Assembly (NCBI GenBank): GCA_965219685.1
Contig: CBDCOH010000002.1
Location: forward strand, 2,688,001 to 2,752,000
Origin: Candidatus Spongiisociaceae bacterium
GTDB taxonomy: Bacteria > Actinomycetota > Acidimicrobiia > Spongiisociales > Spongiisociaceae
Direction of reading: 5' to 3'
DNA: 64,000 nucleotides
Part shown: positions 51,222 through 61,626 of the stretch, piece after piece
Layout of the letters: every line of letters starts with the position of its first letter
Numbering within the stretch: the first letter of the stretch is position 1
Translations under genes and position numbers: made by a program
The notes under the pieces: model-generated
What the model was told of the DNA's origin: nothing
The model's database searches: none
The model's input: only the letters and a program-made list of their open reading frames with translations

Positions 51222-52805
51222 TCAGCCTCCGAACGCGGTCCGGGCCAGGTTCACGACCGCGTCGGTGGTGGCGCCGAACACGATCCTCGGGTACACGCCG
51301 ATCGCCACGATGGCAACGATGAGGGGCGCCCACGCCAGCCACTCGTAGGTGCCGACATCGGCGAACTCGTGACCCGACCACTCTTCCTTGGGCTCGCCCA
51401 GGTTCACCCGCTGCAGCATCCACAGCATGTACCCGGCGGTGAGCACGGTGCCGACGGCGCCGATCACCATGTAGGTCTGGAACTGGTTGACGTTCAGTCC
51501 GCGCAGCGGCTGGTAGGCGCCCACCAGGGACATGAACTCGCCCCAGAAGCCCGCCAGACCGGGCAGGCCCAGGGAGGCCATGGCGGTGAACGCCAGGATG
51601 CCGCCCATCCAGGGCATCAGCTTCTGGTTGCCCCCGAGCCGGGCGATCTCCCTCGTGTGGTACCGGTGATGCAGGGACCCCGCCAGGAAGAACAGAAGCC
51701 CCGTGATCAGGCCGTGGGCCACCATGCCGATCAGCGAGGCGTTGAACCCGATATCGGTCATCGTGGCGATGCCGAGCATCACGAAGCCCATGTGGCCGAC
51801 CGAGGAGAAGGCGATGAGCCGCTTCACATCGGTCTGGGCGAGGCAGGCCAGCGAGCCGTAGATGATCCCGATCACCGCCAGCAGACCGATGAAAGGCGCC
51901 CACTGGCGGGCCATGTCGGGGAGGATCGGGATCGAGATGCGGAGGAAGGCGTAGGAACCGAGCTTCAGGAGGATGGCCGCCAGCAGGACCGAACCCACCG
52001 TCGGCGCCGCGGTGTGCGCGTCGGGCAGCCACGTGTGGAAGGGCCACATCGGCACCTTCACCGCGAAGCCCAGGAACATGGCCCCGAACACCAGGAAGGC
52101 GAAGGTCCCGCTCCCGAAGGCGTTCTCGGCCCCCAGCGCGATCAGCGCCGGGATGTCGAACGTGTTGTCGCCCAAAAAGTCACCGGAGCGGAAGTAGAGG
52201 GCCAGGAAGCCGAGGAGCATGAAAGCCGACCCGAACAGGGTGAAGATGAAGAACTTGATGGCGGCGTAGAGGCGCATCGTCACGGTGCGGCCCAGCACCG
52301 GGATCCGCCGCTCGCTGCTGTCTCCCCAGATGCCGATCATGAAGTACATCGGCAGGAGCACCAGCTCGAAGAAGATGAAGAACAGCACCAGGTCGAGCGC
52401 GACGAAGGTCCCGTTCATGCCGGTGAGCAGCAGCAGCATCAGGGCCAGGAACCCCCTGACGTTGCGCGGCTCGTCCCAGTGGTCCCAGGAGTAGACGACG
52501 GCCAGGAAGGTCACCACCGCCGATAGCACGAGGAGCGGCAGGCTGATGCCGTCCACCCCTATGTGGTAATTGGCCCCGATGGCGGGGATCCAGCTCTCGG
52601 TCACCTCGAACTGGAAGCGCTCCGCGGACCGGTAGTCGAAGGAGGCCGCCGCTAGTACCGCCAGCAGGCTGGTGGCTCCCGTAACGACCAGCGCGGTCCA
52701 CTTCTGGGCCGTCTCGTTCGCTTTGGGGAAGGCGAACAGTACCAGCGCACCTACCGCCGGCAGGAACACGATGAGGCTGAGCCCCGCGGATTCGAACCAG
52801 GCCAT
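51222..52805 (-). CDS. nuoM: NADH-quinone oxidoreductase subunit M
   Basis: GVDGIS...KVPMWPFHTWLPDAH...KRLIAFSSVGHMG; start MAWFES. Confidence 0.95.
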   Translation of the reverse strand: MAWFESAGLSLIVFLPAVGALVLFAFPKANETAQKWTALVVTGATSLLAVLAAASFDYRSAERFQFEVTESWIPAIGANYHIGVDGISLPLLVLSAVVTFLAVVYSWDHWDEPRNVRGFLALMLLLLTGMNGTFVALDLVLFFIFFELVLLPMYFMIGIWGDSSERRIPVLGRTVTMRLYAAIKFFIFTLFGSAFMLLGFLALYFRSGDFLGDNTFDIPALIALGAENAFGSGTFAFLVFGAMFLGFAVKVPMWPFHTWLPDAHTAAPTVGSVLLAAILLKLGSYAFLRISIPILPDMARQWAPFIGLLAVIGIIYGSLACLAQTDVKRLIAFSSVGHMGFVMLGIATMTDIGFNASLIGMVAHGLITGLLFFLAGSLHHRYHTREIARLGGNQKLMPWMGGILAFTAMASLGLPGLAGFWGEFMSLVGAYQPLRGLNVNQFQTYMVIGAVGTVLTAGYMLWMLQRVNLGEPKEEWSGHEFADVGTYEWLAWAPLIVAIVAIGVYPRIVFGATTDAVVNLARTAFGG

Positions 52806-52837
52806 CTCGCTCGTTCCTCCTCTTTCTGCCTTCTTGA

Positions 52838-54904
52838 TTACTGCGTGACGAGCACGAAAACGACGACGAGCAGCAGCGCTCCCACGACGAAGGCGCCTGC
52901 ATATTGCTGCACCTTGCCCGTCTGTACCAAGCCGAGCCGCTTGCCCGCTCCCCTGGTACCTCCCGCCGCCGCATTGAGCACCAGATCGATGCCCTGCTGG
53001 TCCAGCCGGCCGTAGACCAGATGGCCCAGCCAAGCGGTCACGAATCCGGCGCCGTTGACGACCGCGTCGATCACGTAGCCGTTCACCCAGTCGACACCCC
53101 GGGCGATGGGGCCCTTGATCGGGTTAACCACCCCGTTCATGTACAGGTCGTCGAGGTAGTACTTGCGGCGCAGGAGCGGGTAGAGGACCGGAACCTCCAG
53201 CCTGTCGCGAGCCGCCTGGGTGGCGGCCTCCGGCGAGAAGATCAGCCATCCCAGCACGATCCCGGCCACGGCCGCGGCCAGCCCGTAGGCCGCCAGGTCC
53301 CACTCGATGGCCGAAGGGTGGTAGTCGCCCATGGGGACGATCCGGGCGCCCAACCAATCGGTGAAGTTGCGGATCGGACCCCAGGACACGCCCGGGATGT
53401 TCAGGAGACCGGCGATGATACTGGGGATGGCCAGCGCGACCAGCGGACCGGTCATCACCCTCGGTGATTCGTGGGGGTGGCCGTGGCCCTTGTACGTCCC
53501 GAAGAAGGTCAGCGCCACCGCCCGGGTCATGTAGAAGGCGGTCACGAACGCGCCGGCGATGGCCACCCACATGAACCCGGTGTAGCCCTCGTGGCCGAGG
53601 GTGGCCAGGATCTCGTCCTTGGACCAGAACCCGGCGAACGGGATCACCCCCGCCAGCGACACCGACCCGATCACGAAGGTCCAGAAGGTGACCGGCATGT
53701 CGCGGCGCAGGCCGCCCATGTCGCTCATGTTGTTGGAGTGGACAGCATGGATGACCGAACCGGCCCCGAGGAACAGCAGGGCCTTGAAGAAGGCATGGGT
53801 GAAGAGGTGGAACAGCCCGGCCGTGTACCCGCCGGCCGCCACCGCCGCCATCATGTATCCCAACTGGGAGACCGTCGAGTAGGCCAGGACGCGCTTGAGG
53901 TCGTCGGCCACCAGGGCCAGGAAACCGAGAACGAACAGCGTGATGACCGCGATCGTCACCATCCATGGCCGCGCCTCGGTCGCCATCTCGTGGTACAGGG
54001 GAAAGGTCCGCGCCATCAGGTAGATGCCGGCCGTCACCATGGTGGCGGCGTGCATGAGGGCCGAGACGGGGGTGGGACCGGCCATGGCGTCGGGCAGCCA
54101 GACATGGAGCGGGAACTGGGCGGACTTGCCCATCGCTCCGAAGAACAGGAGCAGACCGCCTGCAAGCGCTACCGCTCCGAGGGTGTTGGCGTGCGCGGCG
54201 GCCGCCTCGTTTAGGGCCGAGAAGCGGAAGGACCCAAGGGCGGTTCCCAGCAGGATGGTCCCGAGAACCAGGCCCACGTCGGCCACCTTGTTGGTCAGGA
54301 AGGCCTTGACGGCTGCGTCGCTGTTCTCCTTGTGTTCCCAGTAGTGACCGATGAGCAGGTAGCTGGCCAGGCCCACCCCCTCCCAGCCGATGATCAGCTG
54401 GATCAGGTTGGGCGCCCCGACCAGCACGAGCATCGACCCGGCGAAGAGCGACAGGGAGGCGAAGAACCACGGGACCCGGACATCACCCTGCATGTAGCCC
54501 ACCGCGTAGACGAAGACCAGGAAGCCCACGAAGGCCACCACCCAGTACATCATGATCGACAACCCGTCCACCACGAAGCCCAACTCGTACGACAGGCGGT
54601 GGCCGGCGATGGTCCCGATCTCCCCGATGGTCAGGTTCACCTCGCGATAGATCCCCCCGACCATGTTCTGGACGAACAGAACCGAAGCCCACACCAGGTT
54701 GATGCCCATCGCGCCGACCGCCAACTCGGAACCCTGGCCCTTCATGCGCTTGCCCACCAGCACGATCGCCAGGAAGGCCACGAACGGGAGCACCAGCATG
54801 ATCCAGGCCGTGCCGGCGAAGAACCCGCCGGAAGAGAGTTCCGCGGCTTTGCCCTCGGTCTCGGCGGCCAGGACCAGAGGAGCGGAGGCGATCGGGCTCA
54901 ACAC
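52838..54904 (-). CDS. nuoL: NADH-quinone oxidoreductase subunit L
   Basis: GWEGVG...GKSAQFPLHVWLPDAMAGPTPVSAL.HAATMV...HAFFKALLFL. Confidence 0.96.
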   Translation of the reverse strand: MLSPIASAPLVLAAETEGKAAELSSGGFFAGTAWIMLVLPFVAFLAIVLVGKRMKGQGSELAVGAMGINLVWASVLFVQNMVGGIYREVNLTIGEIGTIAGHRLSYELGFVVDGLSIMMYWVVAFVGFLVFVYAVGYMQGDVRVPWFFASLSLFAGSMLVLVGAPNLIQLIIGWEGVGLASYLLIGHYWEHKENSDAAVKAFLTNKVADVGLVLGTILLGTALGSFRFSALNEAAAAHANTLGAVALAGGLLLFFGAMGKSAQFPLHVWLPDAMAGPTPVSALMHAATMVTAGIYLMARTFPLYHEMATEARPWMVTIAVITLFVLGFLALVADDLKRVLAYSTVSQLGYMMAAVAAGGYTAGLFHLFTHAFFKALLFLGAGSVIHAVHSNNMSDMGGLRRDMPVTFWTFVIGSVSLAGVIPFAGFWSKDEILATLGHEGYTGFMWVAIAGAFVTAFYMTRAVALTFFGTYKGHGHPHESPRVMTGPLVALAIPSIIAGLLNIPGVSWGPIRNFTDWLGARIVPMGDYHPSAIEWDLAAYGLAAAVAGIVLGWLIFSPEAATQAARDRLEVPVLYPLLRRKYYLDDLYMNGVVNPIKGPIARGVDWVNGYVIDAVVNGAGFVTAWLGHLVYGRLDQQGIDLVLNAAAGGTRGAGKRLGLVQTGKVQQYAGAFVVGALLLVVVFVLVTQ

Positions 54905-54911
54905 AGGATGC

Positions 54912-55217
54912 TCACCACCTCATCAGGTCCAGTTCGTCGATGTTGCTGGAAGCGCGGTTGCGGAACACCAGCAGGATTATGGCCAGGCCGATCCCCACCT
55001 CGGCGGCGGCGATGGTGATCACGAAGATGGCGAAGATCTGCCCGTGGGCGGCCGCCGTGTTCCAGAAGGCTTCGAAGGCCACCAGGTTGATGTTGACCGC
55101 CGCCAGCATCAGTTCCACCGCCAGCAGCACGGTGACCGCGTTGCGGCGGGAGAGCAGCCCGTAGATACCGATCGAGAACAGGATCGCCCCGAGGACCAGG
55201 AACTGGGTGAGGATCAT
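54912..55217 (-). CDS. nuoK: NADH-quinone oxidoreductase subunit K
   Basis: [13 protein letters not shown]...[10 protein letters not shown]. Confidence 0.95.
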   Translation of the reverse strand: MILTQFLVLGAILFSIGIYGLLSRRNAVTVLLAVELMLAAVNINLVAFEAFWNTAAAHGQIFAIFVITIAAAEVGIGLAIILLVFRNRASSNIDELDLMRW

Positions 55218-55230
55218 CGGGGCTGTTCCC

Positions 55231-55797
55231 TCATACGCGTTGCCCCTCTTCCTCCTCGAGCGGGGTGAGGTCCTTGCGGGCCAGGGTCACTCCACCGATC
55301 AGGGCCGCCAGGAGGACGAAACCCACTGCCTCGAACGGGATCAGGTAACGGTTGATGAAGCCTTCTCCGAGCACGCCGGTAGCCGTGGCGACGCCCACCG
55401 CGGGGAGCGGTTCCCCGAAACCTGCCACCTCCTCGGAAACGGCGATGATCAACCAGAGTGTCACTGCCAGCACGGCTACGGAGGCCAGGGCCGCCGGCCA
55501 CCTGGTGTCGTGGCTCAGGTTGGTCTCCCGGCCGATCGGAGCCCTGGTAATCATGATGCCGAACAGGAACAGGACGATCACCGCGCCGATGTAGACCAGC
55601 ACCAGCACCCAGGCCACGAACTCGGCGGACAGGAGGATGAACAGGCCGGCGGAGGCGGCCAGGGCCAGGACCAGGAAGAGGGCGGCATGCACCACGTTGC
55701 GGCTCGTGACAACCCGCAGCGCCGCCACCACCATCGGCACCGCCATCGCCAGGAAGGCCCAGTTGACGGGCTCGGCGATCCAGTCCGCGAAGGTCAT
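55231..55797 (-). CDS. nuoJ: NADH-quinone oxidoreductase subunit J
   Basis: [10 protein letters not shown]...[18 protein letters not shown]...PFEA. Confidence 0.93.
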   Translation of the reverse strand: MTFADWIAEPVNWAFLAMAVPMVVAALRVVTSRNVVHAALFLVLALAASAGLFILLSAEFVAWVLVLVYIGAVIVLFLFGIMITRAPIGRETNLSHDTRWPAALASVAVLAVTLWLIIAVSEEVAGFGEPLPAVGVATATGVLGEGFINRYLIPFEAVGFVLLAALIGGVTLARKDLTPLEEEEGQRV

Positions 55798-55834
55798 CCC
55801 GTCCTCTCCCGGACGTCTCCTGCCGGACCGGGGT

Positions 55835-56356
55835 TCATGACTGCGCTCCCAGGCCCGGGGGGACGGTCGGCATCCAATCCTGGAGCCGGTCCATGTCGTG
55901 CATCATCGGTCCCATGTCGTACTCGGAGTACTCGTACTCGGGGGTCCAGAAGAGAGCGTCGAACGGACAGACCTCCACGCATATCCCGCAGTACATGCAC
56001 AGCGCGTAGTCGATGTCGAAGCGGTCGAGGGTGGCCCTGGCCCGGGGGCGCCCGCCGGGGCGAGTGGGTGGCTTCATCTCCTTGTGCCCCTCGATGTAGA
56101 TGCACCAGTCGGGACAGGACCGGGCGCACAGCATGCACACGGTGCAGGCCTCCTGCTCGAGCGCTATCACGCCTCTCGCTCTCGGAACCGGCGTCTCCTT
56201 GATCTTCGGGTAGTTGACCGTCGCCCGCAGGCCCACCCTGCCACCGCTCAGGTTGAATGCCCAGGTACGCAGCATGGTCGTGAACGTGACCCTCATACCG
56301 GTCAGCATCCCGAGCTTGGGAACCTCCCGAAGGTTGGGCAGAGCGGGAAGTTTCAT
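55835..56356 (-). CDS. nuoI: NADH-quinone oxidoreductase subunit I
   Basis: CTVCMLCARSCP and CMYCGICVEVCP 4Fe-4S motifs. Confidence 0.95.
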   Translation of the reverse strand: MKLPALPNLREVPKLGMLTGMRVTFTTMLRTWAFNLSGGRVGLRATVNYPKIKETPVPRARGVIALEQEACTVCMLCARSCPDWCIYIEGHKEMKPPTRPGGRPRARATLDRFDIDYALCMYCGICVEVCPFDALFWTPEYEYSEYDMGPMMHDMDRLQDWMPTVPPGLGAQS

Positions 56357-57364
56357 CTAGACCACCACCTTTAGGACCGCCGTGACGATGATGTTGAGGA
56401 TCGAGATCGGGATCAGCCACTTCCAGGCCAGCGTCTGGAGCTGGTCCTCGCGGAGCCTGGGAAGGGTCCAGCGGAGCCAGATCATCAGGAACACCAGCGC
56501 TCCCACCTTGGCGAAGACGATCAGCGGGGACAGCAGGCTGTCGGTGGGGATCCCCCAGAGGCCGTATCCGCCCAGGAAAAGCGTCACAGCGATGGCCGAC
56601 ATCGTGAACATGTTGGCGAACTCGGCCAGGAAGAAGAACAGGAAGCGGAACCCGGAGTACTCGGTGACGTAACCCATTACCAGCTCCGACTCGGCGATCG
56701 GCATGTCGAAGGGGAGCCGGGTCAACTCGGCGAGCGCGGCGATCATGAATATGACCAGACCGACGAACTGGGTCAACAGGAAGGGCCAGCCTTGGGAGAC
56801 CTGCGCTTGGACGATCCCCTGCATCGACATCGTGCCCGCCTGGATGACCACTCCTACCGTGGCGAGGACCAGTGGCAACTCGTATGCGATGAGCTGCCCC
56901 GCGGCGCGCAGGCCTCCGATCATGGAGTACTTGTTGGCGGACGACCAGCCGGCCATGAGCACGCCGATCGTTCCGACCGACGAGATGGCGAGGGCGTAGA
57001 AGATCCCTAGATCGAGGTCGCGGACGATCCCGTAACGGGACGGATGGAGCGGAATGACAACGAACAGGGCCATGGTCCCCAGGAGCACGAGAGCCGGCGC
57101 CCACTTGAACACGGGACGGTCGGCCTCGGCGGGGACTATGTCCTCCTTCTGGATGAACTTGACGCCGTCGGCGATGAGCTGCGCCCACCCGTAGCGGCCA
57201 CCTGCGAAGTAGGGTCCCACCCGGCTCTGCATGTGGGCCGACAGCTTCATCTCGGCGTAGCCGATCACCATCCCGATGGCAGGTACGGCCGCAGCGACCA
57301 CCGCCAGCTTGATCCCAAGCTCAAGCCAGAAGACCAGCGCCAGCGTCATCGGGCCAGGAGTCAT
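56357..57364 (-). CDS. nuoH: NADH-quinone oxidoreductase subunit H
   Basis: MQSRVGP...ADGVKFIQKED...NKYSMIGGLR...PFDMPIAESEL; ATG overlaps the nuoD stop. Confidence 0.95.
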   Translation of the reverse strand: MTPGPMTLALVFWLELGIKLAVVAAAVPAIGMVIGYAEMKLSAHMQSRVGPYFAGGRYGWAQLIADGVKFIQKEDIVPAEADRPVFKWAPALVLLGTMALFVVIPLHPSRYGIVRDLDLGIFYALAISSVGTIGVLMAGWSSANKYSMIGGLRAAGQLIAYELPLVLATVGVVIQAGTMSMQGIVQAQVSQGWPFLLTQFVGLVIFMIAALAELTRLPFDMPIAESELVMGYVTEYSGFRFLFFFLAEFANMFTMSAIAVTLFLGGYGLWGIPTDSLLSPLIVFAKVGALVFLMIWLRWTLPRLREDQLQTLAWKWLIPISILNIIVTAVLKVVV

Positions 57365-58545
57365 CGGTCGACGTCTCCCAGCACGAAATCGAGGGAGCCC
57401 ATGATGGCGATGAAGTCGGGAACGAGGGCGCCATCCAGTATCCAGGGGAGGATGGACAGGTTGGAGAAGGAGGCCGAGCGGATCTTCAGCCGGTAGGGTC
57501 CGAGACCGCCGAGCGAAACCAGGTGGTAACCCATCTCGCCCTTGGGGTTCTCGGCCCGCACGTAGGTCTCCCCCGCCGGCACCTTGATGATGCGGGGCAC
57601 CTTTGCCTGCAACGGACCCGACGGGATGCCGTCGATGGCCTGGCGGATGATCCGGGCCGACTGGCGGATCTCCTCCAGGCGCACCCACCACCGGTCCCAG
57701 CAGTCTCCGTTCTCCCCGACGGGGATGTCGAAGTCGAAGTTGTCGTAAGGGAGGTAGTCCGACACCTTGCGCAGGTCGAAGGCGCATCCCGAGGCGCGCA
57801 GGTTGGGACCGGACACACCGTAGGAGGCGCCCACATCCACGGGCATGATCCCTACACCCTTGGTGCGGGCCAGGAACACCTCGTTTCCCGCCACCAGTCG
57901 CTCGAGCTCGTCGCAGGTGTCCTCCACCTTGCCCATCGCGTCGCGCGTCTCGGCGAGGAAACCGGAGGGGATGTCCATCCCCGCCCTCTTGGTCGTGGGC
58001 CCCGCCGCGTAGACCGGCTTGACCCCGCCGATCCGGTTGAAGTTGGGATGGAACCGGCCCCCGGTGACCGACTCGAGCAGATCCAGCACCCGTTCCCGCT
58101 CCCTCAGCGCGAAGAAGAGCGGGGTGGCGGCGCCCAACTCCAACGGGTACGAGGCCATGAACACCAGGTGGGACGATATGCGGGCCATCTCCGTGAGCAC
58201 CAGCCTGATCCACTGCGCCCGATCCGGCGCCTCCACCCCCATGAGCCGTTCGGCCGCCACGATGAAGGGAACCTCGTTGGCGAACCCGGAAACCCAGTCG
58301 ATCCGGTTGATGATCGTGGTGATCTGCGGGTAGGTACGCACCTCGGAGAGCTTCTCGTAGCCGCGGTGCATGTACCCGATGACCGGGCGGACGTTGGTCG
58401 CCCGCTCCCCGTCGACCGTGGCCACCAGGCGGAGCACGCCATGGGTCGAGGGGTGCTGGGGACCGATGTTGAGGGTCATCCCCTCGGTCTCGAGTTCCAC
58501 CGAGACCGCAACCTCGGAGAGGTGGTGTGCCAGCGTTCGGTCCAT
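57361..58545 (-). CDS. nuoD: NADH-quinone oxidoreductase subunit D
   Basis: NIGPQHPSTHGVLRL...GYMHRGYEK...ENPKGE...GSLDFVLGDVDR. Confidence 0.96.
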   Translation of the reverse strand: MDRTLAHHLSEVAVSVELETEGMTLNIGPQHPSTHGVLRLVATVDGERATNVRPVIGYMHRGYEKLSEVRTYPQITTIINRIDWVSGFANEVPFIVAAERLMGVEAPDRAQWIRLVLTEMARISSHLVFMASYPLELGAATPLFFALRERERVLDLLESVTGGRFHPNFNRIGGVKPVYAAGPTTKRAGMDIPSGFLAETRDAMGKVEDTCDELERLVAGNEVFLARTKGVGIMPVDVGASYGVSGPNLRASGCAFDLRKVSDYLPYDNFDFDIPVGENGDCWDRWWVRLEEIRQSARIIRQAIDGIPSGPLQAKVPRIIKVPAGETYVRAENPKGEMGYHLVSLGGLGPYRLKIRSASFSNLSILPWILDGALVPDFIAIMGSLDFVLGDVDR

Positions 58546-58585
58546 CAGCGGTTTGCCTGGGAAACGGCGTCGTGAAGGCGGACCA

Positions 58586-59209
58586 TCACGTTCCCGGGTT
58601 CTCGGTGCTGGGCGCGCCGTTCTCGGGCATATCCTCGACGTCCACCTTGCCGGGCCAGGGCTTCACCTCCCGGCTGAGCAGCGGGTAGCTCTTCCGCAGC
58701 GGAAACCCCTCGAACGCGTCCGGAAGGTAGAGCTTGATGAGATCGGGATGGCCGACGAAGTCGATCCCGAACATCTCCGCTGCTTCCCGCTCGTGCCAGT
58801 TGGCCCCGGCGTACACATCGGTGACGCTGTCGATCGACGGGGCGTCGTGTTCCACATCGGTCGAGATCACCACCAGGTCTCCGTCGGTGAGGTCGGAGAT
58901 CGCGCACAGCAACTCGTAACGCTCCGCCACCGGCTCATCGTGCCCGTCGCCCACCGCCACGTCGTTCGACCAGTCGATTGCGGAGAGCCACGACAGGAAC
59001 ACCAGCCCCAAATCGTCCCTGGCGACGGTCAGCGCCTCTCTCCATGCATCGGGAGACACCCGTACCTTGGCAGTACCGTGCGCCACATCGGCGTGACCAC
59101 CCACCGCGGACGCCACGGACTCCGCGAACGCGCCGAGCGGGTCGGTCGATCCGGGTGCGGTGGACTCAGACTGGTTGGCGGTCACGCTGCTTCCACTTCT
59201 CGCGGACAT
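58586..59209 (-). CDS. nuoC: NADH-quinone oxidoreductase subunit C
   Basis: [20 protein letters not shown]...FPLRKSYPL; start may be a few codons downstream. Confidence 0.92.
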   Translation of the reverse strand: MSARSGSSVTANQSESTAPGSTDPLGAFAESVASAVGGHADVAHGTAKVRVSPDAWREALTVARDDLGLVFLSWLSAIDWSNDVAVGDGHDEPVAERYELLCAISDLTDGDLVVISTDVEHDAPSIDSVTDVYAGANWHEREAAEMFGIDFVGHPDLIKLYLPDAFEGFPLRKSYPLLSREVKPWPGKVDVEDMPENGAPSTENPGT

Positions 59210-59666
59210 CTTCCTGGCTGATTTTCTCCTGCAGCAGGACGATCCCGTCCATCAGGGCCTCCGGACGGGGTGGGCAGCCCGGTACGTAGACATCCACCGG
59301 GATGATCTGGTCGACTCCCTTGGTCACCGAGTAGGAGTCCCAGTACGGCCCCCCGCAGTTGGAACAGGAGCCCATCGAGATCACGTACTTGGGCTCGGGC
59401 ATCTGCTCGTACAGCCGCTTGACGGCCGGAGCCATCTTGTCGGTCACGGTCCCCGCCACCACCATCAGATCCGCCTGCCGTGGTGAGGCGGGCAGGGGGA
59501 TGATGCCGAAGCGCATGAAGTCGTATCGGGGACCGGACGCGGCCATCATCTCGATGGCACAGCAGGCGAGTCCGAACTGGAACAGCCACAGCGAGTACCG
59601 ACGCGACCAGTTCAGGAGCCACGAGACCGGCTTGAGCCCGCCGAACCGCTCGGCGACTACGCCCAC
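59166..59666 (-). CDS. nuoB: NADH-quinone oxidoreductase subunit B
   Basis: GLACCAIEM...SPRQAD...MGSC...[14 protein letters not shown]. Confidence 0.96.
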   Translation of the reverse strand: MGVVAERFGGLKPVSWLLNWSRRYSLWLFQFGLACCAIEMMAASGPRYDFMRFGIIPLPASPRQADLMVVAGTVTDKMAPAVKRLYEQMPEPKYVISMGSCSNCGGPYWDSYSVTKGVDQIIPVDVYVPGCPPRPEALMDGIVLLQEKISQEDVREKWKQRDRQPV

Positions 59667-59682
59667 GACCGCGCCTCCGTCC

Positions 59683-60048
59683 TCACTCCCACTTCAGCAC
59701 CCCCTTGCGCACCGCGTAGAGAAGCCCTTCGAGCAGGGTGAGGATGAAGATGATGACGGCGATCACCCCCGGCAGGCCGAGATCCTCCGCAACGATCGCC
59801 CACGGGAAGATGAACACCGCCTCCACGTCGAACAGAACGAACAGCAACCCGAATATGTAGTAGCGGACGAAGGTCTGGTTCCACCCGTCGCCCACCGGAT
59901 CGACGCCGCACTCGTAGGTGGACATCTTCTCCTTGCCCGGGTTGGAGGGTCGCACGAGGTAGGTGATCCCGAGCGTGAGAGCCACCAGGACGACACCGAA
60001 AGCGGCGAAGGCAGCCACCGCGATGTAGTCCTGGAAGTATTCGCTCAC
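59683..60048 (-). CDS. nuoA: NADH-quinone oxidoreductase subunit A
   Basis: K...YECG.DP...RYY...[15 protein letters not shown]; GTG start at 60048. Confidence 0.93.
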   Translation of the reverse strand: MSEYFQDYIAVAAFAAFGVVLVALTLGITYLVRPSNPGKEKMSTYECGVDPVGDGWNQTFVRYYIFGLLFVLFDVEAVFIFPWAIVAEDLGLPGVIAVIIFILTLLEGLLYAVRKGVLKWE

Positions 60049-60281
60049 GATCGCTCCGCTGTCGCTCGCCGCTTGCCTGGTAGGGCCGCCGGGACGTGGG
60101 CTCCGATCCGTCCCGTGCGGGCCGCGTCGGGACACACTCCTGCATCTGCCGAACCCTGGCGAGTATAGGTGCCAACCCCGTCCCCATGAATTCGGCCGGT
60201 GCTCCGCCCGGGTCCGCGGAGCAGGCGCTGCGGCGCGGCGACCGAACGGGATTCCACAGGCACGCCGCTACCGTTCGGCCG

Positions 60282-61406
60282 GTGACCATCCCCTCCGATC
60301 TCCTGGCTCCCGACTACTCGGGGGGATCCCTCAACAACCTGGTCGCCGAGTTGGAATGGCGCCTGGCCGGGTCCGCGCCCTCCCCCCGGCTCCGCACCGA
60401 CGTAGCGGATTGCATTCCAACCGCAGCCACCTACATCCTCTTCCTGATCGACGGGCTCGGCGTGCATCAACTCCGCCATCCGGCCGCAGGAGGGCTCGCG
60501 TCCTCGCATCGGGGGACTATCCACGCCCCCTTCCCGACCACCACGACCGTGAGCCTGGCGTGTGTCGCCACCGGCCTTCCTCCGGCTCGGCATGGCTTCA
60601 TCGGACACTTCCTCCTTCTCGACGGCCATCCTCGCCCCGTCAACGGGCTCAGGTGGATCGACACCGCCGGCCGCCCGGTTGGGTCCTACGCTGCGGGCCT
60701 CCTCCCGGCCCCCAACCTGTGGGAGCGGCTCGGCGCGGCCGGCGTCGAGGCGGTCACCGTCCAGCCGGACGCCTTCGCCGGAACCCCCCTGACAAAATCC
60801 CTCTACCGGGGTTGCCGGTTCGAGGGGGTGACGGGGACCGACGAACTGGTGCGGGCTGCGGTCGAGCTTGCCCGGGTGCCCGGGCGGCTCCTCTTCGTCT
60901 ACTACCACCTAGTCGACGTAGCGGCCCATATGCAGGGCCCGTCGAGCCGCGCCTACGCGCATGCGCTGGCCGATGCTTCCAACGCCTGGGATCGCATCGC
61001 GGCCCGCCTCCCCAGCCACGTCGCCATGATCGGGACCGCGGATCACGGGGTGCTCTCGATTCCAGAACCGGGGAAGCTCCGGCTGCGCAGCCGGGACACA
61101 CCGGGCCTGACCCTCTTCGGCGACCCCCGGTCCCTCTACGTCACCGGGCCCCGTGAGCGGATAGAGGACTTGGGCCGGTGCCTGCCCGCCACTTGGCACC
61201 CGCTCGAAGCGCTTGCATTGCTGTGGGGCGCCGGATCAGACCTCGGAACGAGGGTCCAACCGAGTCGTGTACGCAAACCGAGCGGCGCGTTCCTCGCTGA
61301 CCGTGGTCGCGTGCTTCTCCCCGGCCATATGGATACGCGCCTGGTCGGCTACCACGGGGGCCTGGAACCGGAAGAGGTGGAAATACCCATCCTACTTTCC
61401 GGATGA
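60282..61406 (+). CDS. Alkaline phosphatase superfamily / nucleotide pyrophosphatase-phosphodiesterase
   Basis: LIDGLG...FPTTT...TG.PP..HG...D.AAH..G...TADHG...HGGL.PEE; GTG start inferred. Confidence 0.85.
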   Translation: MTIPSDLLAPDYSGGSLNNLVAELEWRLAGSAPSPRLRTDVADCIPTAATYILFLIDGLGVHQLRHPAAGGLASSHRGTIHAPFPTTTTVSLACVATGLPPARHGFIGHFLLLDGHPRPVNGLRWIDTAGRPVGSYAAGLLPAPNLWERLGAAGVEAVTVQPDAFAGTPLTKSLYRGCRFEGVTGTDELVRAAVELARVPGRLLFVYYHLVDVAAHMQGPSSRAYAHALADASNAWDRIAARLPSHVAMIGTADHGVLSIPEPGKLRLRSRDTPGLTLFGDPRSLYVTGPRERIEDLGRCLPATWHPLEALALLWGAGSDLGTRVQPSRVRKPSGAFLADRGRVLLPGHMDTRLVGYHGGLEPEEVEIPILLSG

Positions 61407-61626
61407 GCAACCCGGCGCCGGGTTCCGGCCTCTCAGCAGTCCATCTGGCTGCCTCCTGGAGACCGGCACGCACCGCCACCCGCGGCGGCTGATCACGAGG
61501 TGCACGAACCACGCACGGCTTCCGGTGTGAAGCCGGTGCGGTACTCGGGGTCGCCCGCCGGATCGGCCCTTTCACGGCGGACTCTGTCCAGGTTCTCCGA
61601 TATAGGGAACCACGTGTATATGGGTG

